The notes under the pieces were generated by a model. It was not told the DNA's origin. It ran no database searches and saw only the letters and a list, made by a program, of their open reading frames with translations. This document shows positions 53,148 through 64,000 of a stretch of DNA of 64,000 nt, in pieces. The position numbers and the translations under genes were made by a program. Position 1 is the stretch's first letter, and the number at the start of each line of letters is the position of its first letter. The stretch comes from Psilocybe cubensis. Taxonomy: Eukaryota. The DNA lies in contig CM039001.1 in NCBI GenBank assembly GCA_017499595.2, positions 3,782,001-3,846,000 on the forward strand, written 5' to 3'.

Positions 53148-54558
53148 CTAAAAAGGCATTGGTGGGGTGATCGAATCCCCAGCGCTAGCAGCTAAAGTAG
53201 GAGAGGGAAATGGAGGATCTTCCGACAGACTGCCAAAAGCCCCGTTCCCCGTTGGCCCCGTCCTGACGTTGGTGCTAGGACCGAAGCCGAAATTGCCAGT
53301 GTCAGCGGAGGCTGTTGCAGCGGCTCCGTTGGAATCTTCCGAACTTTTAGTTGAAAACGCCACAGCGAAAGGAGGGAGGCTAAAGTCCCCCACTAGCGGC
53401 ATGGTTGGCGTCGGGTTTGGAGTTCGATTAAAGTTGCTACTGTCACTGCCGATACCAGAATCCGGGCTTGGAAATGGAATATTGTCAGTGAGGTTAGAGG
53501 ATGTGATTGGACTATTACGTGTATGGTTGAAAGGAGGAAGCGGCATCGAAGGGAGGGTGAGCGTGTCGTTCGGTGAGCCCGATAGTGAATTGGGTGACGA
53601 CAAGTTTGTCGGGTTCAGTGAGGGGAACGTGGAGTTCAGGAAGGATGATACCGATGATGCGTTAAATGCATGGTGTGTGATGTTCCGCAGATGAGCAATG
53701 GAATCTGTGAGATTTATTGCTGGTGTTCCGAAGGGACCGTTATCAGTCCGGTGGCCGCTTGGTTGGGTCAGATTGAACGAGGGAGGTTCAAATGGGATGC
53801 TATTTGTGCTCGAGTTACTGGACGAGTTATGGGATGGGAGGTGAGGGACTCCTTTAATTCCACTGTCATGCGCGGTTGAGTTCACCGTTCCAGCAATGCA
53901 AAGAACCTGAGAGGAGGTCGTATTGAGTCGTCAGAGATAGCGGAGGGAATGTCGATGAGTAGCAAGAGAAATAACTCGCCTCTCCTGGGTATATGTTTGT
54001 ACAACCCATGTTTATATTCGGATTATTCTTGTAGAGAATATCCAAGGGAATTCCGGCTAGCTTCGCGATAGAGAAACAGATATCTGTTTCCTTGACGATA
54101 TGCACTTTGGTGCAGTCCTGTCCTTTTAGCCCAAGGCACAACGTCTACATGATTGTGGCAAAATCATGAGTTCGCAATTATACTTTCCTCTTGAAAAACT
54201 GGTTTATGCTTACATCGCCAATGACCAAGTTAGTACAACCACTGTTTATCTTCTTGTTTGCATTTGCAAGCTGGTGTCTGTAGGGATTGATGAATTGAGT
54301 ACTTGCATAGAGAGGAAACATGTACGCACGTTGAAACTCCTTTGAGTGCAGAGATTTTGTCACAGGTATCCCCTTCAATGACTTTGTATGTACGAGTGCA
54401 ATCCGATGCGGATTCAAGTATTTTTTTGTGCGCTTTGTGAGCGCCTTCCTCAGTGTTAGCGAGGGCGGTGGCTGAGACGAGTGTTGGAAAAAAATTTATG
54501 ATCAGGACTACGGAGACCTACCGAACAGCGCTGCAAGATAGAGTGACCGGATGATCAT
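53148..54558 (-). CDS. Secreted 2xLysM (CBM50) protein with long Ser/Pro/Asn-rich tail
   Basis: MIIRSLYLAALF|ATALA...CTRTYKVIEGDTCDKISA...CTNLVIGD|TLCLG...HIVKETDICFSIA...NNPNINMGCTNIYPGE|VLCIA, followed by a tail of about 245 aa. Confidence 0.88.
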
Positions 54559-55454
54559 ATTAAAGGTATCTGGAAAGGAAAAGTAAGCAACCCACTTCTC
54601 ATTGCCCCGAAGCTTTATGACGAATCTTAGTGGCCTACGTGTTGAACAGTGATAGGTTCACTTGTCCCATACACAAAAGTATGTAGCCCAAAATTCTACC
54701 TATAGTGTCTCCCTGTCTTGCTAAATCTCCGTCAATGAGACCTAGAGTGGGTCAATAGCGCGTAGATTTTAACTTCCCAGGCTAAGTGTGCACCAATCTT
54801 GAATCCGACTGCGTACCAAGATCCACCGGATGACTCAAATTCCGAATCATTATTCGGTAAGTGTGCGCAGTCTGGAGTATCCTCGATTATAGGTGATATT
54901 AGCGTGCTGGCCATTCCTGCTAGAACAACACCCGATAGTTGACGCCGGAACCACTGTCATCTTGTCTCGCTTTCTGTGACGTGGCTAGCCAGTTTGAATA
55001 CTTGCTTCATTCGGAGACATGCAATATTTCGTGATTGGTTTAGATCGTGGTTGATTTGGTATACCTCTCGGTATAGAAAGGGATCTCAGGAGTAGAAAGT
55101 TTGGCCATAGTTTACATTGCTTAAAGTTAAAAAGGCGGCAAGGTCTACGTGATGTATTTTGACAAAATTCGGAGTCTGAATACCACAGTGCCGCAGTCGG
55201 GATATCACGTGGAACAGTTATGACGCATTTGGCATTTCGCGGTTCCGGTGAGAGACTCTACTTCCTCAACGCTTTGTGTTGCCTCAAATTTCTTGAAGGT
55301 GGAATCGTTGTCGGAAGGAAGGGACCAACTTGAACTACAAAGTAATCTATATTTGGGTGGCTGAATCATAAGCAGTGAGTTGTGGCTCTTTCAAATTTCC
55401 CCTGTGTCACTTGTAGTTCGGCTTTTATTCTGGAAGATTCACGGCGCTACGTAG

Positions 55455-58400
55455 ATGCCACCCAGACTGAACAAGAGGCAACAACGAGAGCTAGAGGAGC
55501 TTGAAGCATTGAAGTCTGTGAAGCCCTCAGATGTACAAGAATCAAGCGATGAGGATCTTCCTGGTCCTTCTCAGGGACGCAGTGGTGGTGCATTTATGAA
55601 TGTGAAGGCCCTTATCTTATCTCATTACCGATATATCTCGACTAATGATAGGTGGATACAGCTCCTTGCACCGGAAGATAGTGAAGAGGAAGAAGAAGAA
55701 AAAACAACGAAATCGAAAAAGGTACGCGTTGATTGTTCTGCTATAGAATCACTGCCGATGTAATACCAGTCAAAGAAAAAGAAGAAAAAGGCCATTGCGA
55801 CATCTACATCTGATGCGACCCCTCCTACCCCTACTCCGCCTCCTCCTGCAGCAAAAACACCTAGAACAAGTACACCCGTTCCCGCCCTCAAAAATGAAAA
55901 GAAAGCCCAGAAGAAGGCTCGAGCAAAGGAAAAGAAAGCTGCGAATGACGAGCTAGATCAGGTGCTCGCCGAGCTCTCGATACAGTCCGTGGTTCTTTAC
56001 ATTCTCTCATCAGTTGAATGACCATCTCTAGGTATCCACCGTCCCAAAAGATATCACAATCTGCAGCTGGAAAACAATCGCTCGCTGATCTTCTCTCGGT
56101 TTCACTGCAGCATCTAGATGGAGAGGCCGAAATGAGACGGTTCTTCGGATCCAGGGTAGTACAGGCTAGCAGAGAGGAAGGGCAGTCAGCAGGGCGGAAG
56201 AAACCTCCCCCCGTTAAATCCAACCTGACCCGACCTCAGCCCAGTTGGTGGGCGGCGAAAGGCCGTGAGGGTCTTTCCCTCCATGCTTATACGGACGATG
56301 AGACTAATGCCAAGCTCATACGACAAAATTGGACACCCATGCAGGAGAAGTGGTGGACTGTGGAGTATAGTAAAAAGTACAAGAGTATGACCAAGGCTTT
56401 TATGGATACTGTTCTTTCCGGAGGTGAGTACGTCATTTTTGCAGGTCTTCACTTAATTCAAATCATCACTTTCCATCACTCTGTAGACCCTCAAGGATTT
56501 TGGGACCTTCTTGGAACACTGCCGTGGCATGCAGATACACTTCTCCAAGTGTCTGAAGTTTATAGACATCGAGACGGTGAGATCGAATGTCATTTTTTAT
56601 TAACGATGTACTGATGTACATCAAGAGCACGCTCAGGCTGTTGATTTTGTGGATAGAGCGCTATTTACGTATGAGCGCGCTTTCATCGGCGCGTTCACCT
56701 TTACGACGGGTCTTAACCGACTCGACTTCGATAGAGTTGAAAACAGACCATTTTACCTTGCCCTACATCGTCAAATTACGTACGAATTCTATTTCTCTCT
56801 TTCGCTGATGTTCTGACCTACAACTTTTGTTACTGGAAGCGACCTTCAACGTCGTGGATGCGTGCGTACTGCGTTTGAGTTCTCGCGTCTGATGTACTCC
56901 CTCGATCCTTGGAATGATCCTCACGGAGCGTTGTTGCACCTGGACTTCCTCGCGACCAAGGCGGGAATGCACCAGTGGCTTCTTGATATGTTTGACGTTT
57001 TCGTCGAGAGGCAAAAGCAGAATGCAGAAACGGAAAACATGCGGGCGAATCCTTCACTATTACCTGGATGGGTATACAATAGAGCGTTGGCTTTGAAAAT
57101 CGCAGAAGATGCAGCCAAAAATCCTGTAAGGTTATCTTATCAAATGATCTGCGTTGTGCTCACTTGTGCTGTTATATATATAGGACCATACTGAAAGCAC
57201 ACTGGCGCTTAGAGAGGCGGCACGGGATTTTCCGTCCGTCGTCCCACTCCTCGCTGATAAGTTGGATATTTCCCTTCCCGGGGAAATTCGTGGACATCGT
57301 GATTTCAAGATCTTGACGGATTCATCGTAAGTACATACGTGCGCTCTTCATACCACCCAGGCCTCATTGTGAATTTTTTTCGCCTAACAAATAGCTCTTT
57401 GCCGCCTGCCGAAGGAATTTTACATCTGCTATCTCATCTCTATGTCCAACGCTCTTCGCCAATATGGAAAGATCACGCTGGGTGGTTCGAATCTACCATA
57501 GCAGAAGAGTTCACTCATCTCTCCTCTGGAGCACTGCCATCAACCGAAAGACGAAAGGCTTTCCTTGGACAGTACACTAACCGCAATCTCCAATTCGCCG
57601 TTTACCGGCACATTATGGTTCTTGAAACGTCGTATCGCCGCTTGTTCTCGTTTATCCCACGACAGGTGCTTGAGGCCAAGTCACTGGCGTGTGACCCACT
57701 TCCCCCGCCTACGGCTGTGAGTCAGTACGATGAGGCGTTCTTTGGCGGTGTGGATGATTTGTATTCGCCACGGCTGAGGACGAGGAGGCAGCGTCAGCTG
57801 GAGGAACGGAGGTTGGCGCAGCTCATGCCGGATGCAGCCTTCCGTCAACAATTACAGGTCAGCATCCTCTCTTCAGAATCTTGTTTCTCATTTTTTTATT
57901 CATCCATTATGCGTGATCTTAGGGGTTCTTCGATGCCAATCCCCACTTCGCGGAGAGGTTCCCAGGGGGCATTCTCCAGTTCGCACAAATGGTGGGTCAG
58001 CTGCCGGCTGACGTCCTTGAAGATATGATGCTCGTTGAAGCTGCCGCTGGAAACGGAAATAATAATGCAATGCCCGGAGGATTCGACGAAGAGGAAGGAA
58101 TGGAAGATGATCGTGCTGGATTTGCGTTTGCTGAAGTCAACTTCAACCCTGCACCACCTGTTCCGGGTAATGTTGCTCATCACATGCCTGCAAATATAGA
58201 CCAGGAAAGGCATGAAGACTTGAATGAGGAGCAAGGTGAAGAAGCCGCAGAGGATGAGGATGAGGATGAAGATGAAGAAGAGTACTCGGTGAGCTCTATT
58301 TTTGCGTGTGATGCTTGTTCCTGCGGTTCTGATGGATCGTTTATTTTACCTTTGTGTCTTTCAGCCCATGCCTAGAGTCATACGCAACATCTTGGGAAGA

Positions 58401-58475
58401 TTGTGGGGAAGGAATCAACCCGAGGAGTCATCATCTGAAGACGAGGCACCATTAGATGATACAGGCGTGGATTAG
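55455..58475 (+). CDS. RQC1: Ribosome quality control protein Rqc1 / TCF25 family
   Basis: LDGEAEMRRFFG, PWHADTLLQ, FDRVENRPFYLAL, RRGCVRTAFEF..L.SLDP..DPHG and DPLPP motifs. Confidence 0.9.
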
Positions 58476-58997
58476 CTTTGTGTTTCAATTTTTGGTTCAA
58501 TGACAATTGTTTGTTTAATCTAGGCATTTTTGCGGTGTGATTTGTATCCGTGACTCGGGTGAATAGAATTCAAACCGGATGCCCGCTTTTGTTTCTCAAG
58601 GTGATCACCTAGCTATCGAACAAGAAATAGACCGCTCCTTTAATTCTTCAACATACGACAATTAATACTCATCAGGTACCGGATTGTCTGCGTTCCGCCC
58701 TCAATGGGATGTTTTGTTCAGATTTTTTCTGTAAAAATAACTTTATCCCGTTGACCAATGCTAAACATACCTTTTCCATCTGTGCAGAACAACGTAAAGT
58801 TTACAAATTTCACAAAATCAGCTTTTTACAAGGCATGTGAATCCGCTGGCGATTGGAAGACTTGGTATTGTCCAGAAATGAACTTCAGGCTTCAATTATA
58901 CTTCAATTTTGAATTCAAAAGGTATATAACCGTGGTCGTCTCGACGTTGACAGTCTTCAATAGCTTTCCGATATACATCATCTGAAGAATCAGCATT

Positions 58998-59680
58998 ATG
59001 GCCAGCATCTTTCTTCGCTCAGTTGCTGTTGCGGCTATTTCCTGCGGCAAGTGAAGAATATTTCAAATTTTATAGACTAAGTGATGCTGATTCTGTGCTT
59101 ATCGACCAGCTGTCACATTCGTCAACGCTGCAGCCTCACCCGTCTGCGCAAGACATTACACTGTTCAACCTGGAGACATCTGTAGCACGATCTCTATCAA
59201 ACAACATGTTTCTACGTACGTCTATTTCGCCGATGTTGTCTGTATTGTTTTGCTAAACAGCAGGTTGAAACAGGTTCCAGCTGCAGAGCGTCAACGCAGG
59301 AGTCATCGACTCCCAATGCCTTAATTTAATTCCTGGAGAAGTACATATTCCTCTGAAAATCTGTTTCAAAAGTTAGTGACACTTTCTCCTGCTTAACCAG
59401 TCGCTCTGCCTTGGGCTCGTTGGCCAGGACTGCACGGACCTCGTCGTCGTCGCGGACGGTGACAACTGCTTCGATATCGGTCTTAAGCTGGGCATTCCGG
59501 TCTCCACTATTCTTGCCAACAACCCCAACGTCAACGCGCAATGCACCAACCTCTTCATAAATGAGGTAAGTGACTGCTTTAGTTTCAAAATATCAAATAA
59601 GTTTACCGAAATCTTGGACTTCCCCACAGTCGCTTTGTGTCGATTCAAACATTATCAAGTATACCACTCCCACATTTTGA
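58998..59680 (+). CDS. Small secreted 2xLysM (CBM50) protein
   Basis: Signal peptide; CARHYTVQPGDICSTIS, CLNLIPGE|SLCLG, VADGDNCFDI...NNPNVNAQCTNLFINE|SLCV; first intron is GC-AG. Confidence 0.88.
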
Positions 59681-60463
59681 TGGGATGTCGAAATGATACT
59701 GGCGTCTTTGGACGAGACGTTAATTCCCTAGTCCACCATGTAATCAAGTCAAGAGAATTACTCGTGTATGCAATAAATGTGTTCCTATCTTGTTACTGGT
59801 TATCTTCCAGATAAGTTTTAAATGATCTGCCTTTTAAACAACGTGATAATCATTACTTTGCTGTGAAAATGAGCTGCCACTACATTTGTAGACCGTGATT
59901 CAGACTCACTTGGAGTCATTTTCTTGTTGGGTTACTCTACCAACTAGATTTATAACAAGGCCGACACAGACCGGATCTTTTTCGCGAATAATTTCCTTCC
60001 GGGGACATTGGTGACTCTATGCTTTGCCTCTGCGTGCTTGTGGCTGGTGATAATCATTGAATCGACAGCGGTTAATACATAATGCCTTATAGGCACAAAC
60101 CTGCTTAAATAAATGTAGGTTTTCATAGTTTCTTCTCACAGAGCTGCTGTTTTTAGACTTTACTTGCTCCTACGGCCTTAAAATCGCCGTCAAATGCAGT
60201 TATTTCAAATTAAGACACCATGTGTGAGTTTTTTTTGTATCACCCTTTACTGTAAACGCTAGCTCTATCTCTGTAAAACGAGTCAGTTGTGTATCTTGCT
60301 GTCGATCCATCAGAGTTTCCTCGTGGTACTCGGAGCTCTGGTCAAAGATTATCCTTCAAAAACAGTCGTAGAGTCTATGCTGAAAAAAAGACGAGAAAAT
60401 GTATATAACTTGCTGGTTAAACAGATTCAAAGTTATCAATTTGCTCAAGGACGAGAATCAAAC

Positions 60464-61140
60464 ATGTCTAGTGTTTTCCTTCGCTTACTCGCTGTGTCTG
60501 CCATTGCCTATGGTATGAAGCAACATTTTTTGTCAGGCAAAATCTATGTTGACGCTGTCTGTCATGCTCTAGGTGCTATTCTCTCGAATGTTCAGGGTTC
60601 TATCCCTGACTGTGCTAGGACCTACACTGTCCAGCTGGGCGATTTCTGCGACAAGATTTCGGCTCAGCAAAACGTTTCTACGTACGTCCTGCCGTACAAT
60701 TTCTGGTGACTAAAAATTTACAATAATATGAATCAGATTCCAACTGGCAAGCGTAAACAATGGAATAATCGATGCCGGATGCGACAATTTGGTCGTTGGA
60801 GAGGTATTTATTTCCCCCATGAAATTTGATTAGAATTTTGACAATTTTCACCTCTCTCTGCTATCAGGTACTCTGCCTGGGGCTCATTGGGCATGACTGC
60901 ACAGACGTTCACGTAGTTGTCGAGGGAGACACGTGTGAATCCATTGCTCTTGAGTCCGGTAGCAGTATATCCGCCATTCTATCCAACAATCCCAATGTTA
61001 ATTCTGAATGCACTAATATTGGCATTGGCGAGGTAACCGTTGGTTTTTTATCTACAAATAAACCCAAAGCTCAAGGACACATTTTACCCAAGGTTCTCTG
61101 TGTTGCGCCTACTGTGATCAACTCTACAAACACAGATTAA
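60464..61140 (+). CDS. Small secreted 2xLysM (CBM50) protein
   Basis: Signal peptide; CARTYTVQLGDFCDKISA, CDNLVVGE|VLCLG, VVEGDTCESIA...NNPNVNSECTNIGIGE|VLCVA. Confidence 0.9.
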
Positions 61141-61780
61141 CTTGATGATATCAAGCGGTCTTTGGACAGGACCTTAATATCAGTCCATCATTTCTGAATA
61201 TAATGCTAGTAGATGGTGTTTTTTCAAAGTATTGTGTTAAAAAATATATCCTTGTTTCCGTGAAATCAAGTAAAAGAAGATTTTGCTATAAACCTTGAGA
61301 AACTTGGAGCTATCCTAATTCATCCTAATCTCGGCTCCAGATGTTCGGGAGAGTTCTGGCGGAGAACGAAATCGAAGGGTCACGTCACCGTGTATATGTA
61401 GCGTCAACCTAGTCAGCAACAGTATGTGACGACATGTCAAGCCGATTGTCCTTCAAGCTTCAAGTTCTAATTTCAGGCTAGTGAATGGTATTGGTGCATC
61501 CCTAGGGTGCCGTAAAGCCACTCCCTTGACCTCAAGGGAGGGGTTGTCTGGTCGGTAAGTTCCGGTGAACGCCCCTTGGCTTATCCCAAACACCAGTGCA
61601 CACAATCCCATCGAGCTTTCTTCGGTCTTTTGCTGTCAGAGCTTCCGGCTTTCTGACAAGCGTCATATCACCGGACGCAGGCAATGTAAAGTGTCACCGA
61701 ATACCGTAGACGTAACGACCTACGGCCCTGACAGGAAAGCACATATAAATTGGTACGATAACAATTACTTTCCCAACATC

Positions 61781-64000
61781 ATGAACCCCCTGAAATCATT
61801 AAGATTTCAGGACTTCAGCGACATTCTCCCTCTCACCTTTGCGGGACTTGTCTTGCTCACTCTAATTCTGTTCAAGTCACGAAGAAGTGTGAAGACGACA
61901 AAGTTACGAGGTCCAAAGAATCAGAGCTACTTGTTCGGCTTATACCAGTTCTTGAATGAAACTGAAGATGCGGGTCTCGTGTATGAAGCTTGGGCAAGAG
62001 AATATGGGCCTACATATACTGTTCCGGGAGGCTTTGGGTCTAGTCGGATCGTTATTTGCGATCCGCGAGCAAACGCGCATTTCTATTCAAAGGAGACATT
62101 TGGCTATGTACAGACCAAGTTATCTCGAACATTCATTAAGAATCTGGTAAGTAGCAACCTCGAGTCCTTCGTTTCTGTCTGACCCACGTCGCCTTGCCTA
62201 GTTTGGTCGGGGACTGCTTTGGGCCGAGGGAGATAGTCATCGCAGGTATATATCTCTAGCGTTCCAACGCTCATTGTATTGATAACATGGTCCATTGTTA
62301 GGCAACGCAAAGCCTTATCTCCAGCATTCAGCAATGCCGCTATCAGGAAACTGACTCCAGTGTTTTATGACGCTGCCTACAAGGTCTGATTGCGCATTCT
62401 ACAATACCAGGTGGTACTAACCCTGTTAGTAGATGAAAGCAATATGGGATTCCGCATTAGATGCCGGTTCGGGGGAAGCGTTGATAGATGTTCAAGTATG
62501 GTGCGCATCATTTTCCTACTGTCTCGAGTAGCCCGTGAAAGATCAATAGGATGAATAACATTGCGTGGGTTGCATTTATTCCGAGCTTTGCTGGTAAATT
62601 CCAACTCTGCAACTAGTCTCGATTCAGTCGGTATCGCAGGTTTTGGCCATGATTTCCATGCGCTAGAAGGAAAGAACTCTCCCGTAGTGGACGTTTTCGA
62701 ATCCTTTTCCGATGAAGACACAAGCTGGCTCTCACGATTTGTGTTCCTGATGGGGCCCGTTCTTCCCGTCCTACAAAACTTACCCACAGCTCAAAACAGG
62801 ACACTCAAGCGCCTACGAGAAACAATGGGCGACATAGCCGATGAGCTCTTGGTCAGGAATAGGAAAGCGAAAGAAGGGAAATCGGTGTCGGAGGAAAAAT
62901 CGATTATAGGTCTTCTTAGTAAGTGTCCTATCACTATATTTAGGACCCCTGGTAAAATTGTTCTCAAATTTATCAATGCTTGACTCGCAGTCAAAGCAGA
63001 ATCGAGCAACTCCTCTTTGGGAATGTCCCAGGAAGAAATTTTAGCCCAGGTGAACATCCTTCTATTTCCAATTTTACGCAGGAGATTCTAATTCACGTTT
63101 AAACAAGATGGTATGCTGAATTTACGACTTTTTTGAAACTGATGAAATCTTACATGCATCTTTGTTTCACCAAGAATGTATTATTGCTTGCTGGTACGAA
63201 CATCGTTTCATCGTATCATGTAGACTTATAGGAAACTTAAATCCAGGATACGAAACAACTTCCAGTATGTATCATTTTATTGTCTATTCTGTCCTCGCAG
63301 CTGACAGTGTTAACAGTCAGCCTTACGGTAAACATTCTTAACGTTGTGATCAGCCATTACATATCTAATTCCAGAACAGTGGGCCCTTATTGAGCTGTCC
63401 AGGCAACCTCAGAAACAAGAAATGCTAAGGGAGGAACTTTCACAGTACATCAACGAAGATCCTACTTTTGATCAACTGTCGACGGGCCTCCCGTATTTAG
63501 ACGCAGTCGTCCAGGAGATTTTGCGCCTCCATCCCCCTGTTAGCGAGACAACGCGAATAGTACGTATACACATACATCACTCATCAGCGACACTGCGCCG
63601 ACGCCCCTGTTAAATCGTTGTTAGGCCGCCGAGGACGACATCATGCCGTTCTCTTCTCCAATTTCGACCTCGACGGGGGATCAAGTATCCTCTCTTGTTA
63701 TCAAAAAGGGAACTGTCGTTACTTCGCCAATTCGGTACATGAATCGAGCGGAGGCCTTTTGGGGACCCAATGCACGGCAATTCGAGCCCGAGCGATGGCT
63801 TTCCGCGGATGGGTGCCTTCAGGCGAAAGACAATCCAGGACAGCGACATATACTCACTTTCTCTGACGGACCACGGACGTGTTTGGGACGCAGCTTTGCA
63901 TTAACAGAGTTCAAGGTACGTCACTCTTACCTGCTGCCAATCTTATTTGAAACTTTTTCTTTTTAAGGCTGTTCTTGCTGTCCTTGTTAGGAACTACACG
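61781..64000 (+). CDS. Cytochrome P450 (3' end outside window)
   Basis: N-terminal TM helix; I-helix LLAG|YETTS; EILR (ExxR); FEPERW; heme motif FSDGPRTCLG. Confidence 0.95.

Noticed and set aside
61521..61540. Perfect 9-bp hairpin CTCCCTTGA-CC-TCAAGGGAG upstream of the P450
   Set aside because: A single short occurrence compatible with chance; no supporting context.
8747..64000. Secondary-metabolite cluster (questin oxidase, hydrolase, GMC, P450)
   Set aside because: The genes are widely dispersed among housekeeping genes and no backbone enzyme is present.

Overview
Intron-rich fungal DNA, most likely from an Agaricomycete (mushroom-forming basidiomycete), inferred from gene families, short GT-AG introns and micro-exons. 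It contains about 18 conventional genes: RVB1 3' end, a DUF6593-like gene, MTAP, a questin oxidase-like gene, an NBP2-like SH3 gene, a hydrophobin plus a decayed paralog, two low-complexity proteins sharing a C-terminal Zn-finger-like domain, a dienelactone hydrolase, HAP5/NF-YC, a PPR-like gene, fructosamine kinase, an uncharacterised gene, a GMC oxidoreductase with an in-frame stop, three LysM genes, RQC1/TCF25 and a P450. There are also three kinds of non-autonomous DNA transposon. The main discovery, none of it correctly captured by the ORF track, is a family of five intact and at least one decayed two-exon micro-genes (44-53 aa) at 26-39 kb. Each encodes a near-invariant signal peptide, then a phase-2 intron, then a hypervariable Pro-rich mature peptide with exactly two Cys (a single disulfide loop). 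They share a TATA box and an upstream motif, and sit in an inverted duplication on both sides of HAP5. This looks like an unannotated, diversifying secreted-peptide (toxin, defence or signal) system. All exon models were read by eye and need RNA-seq confirmation.
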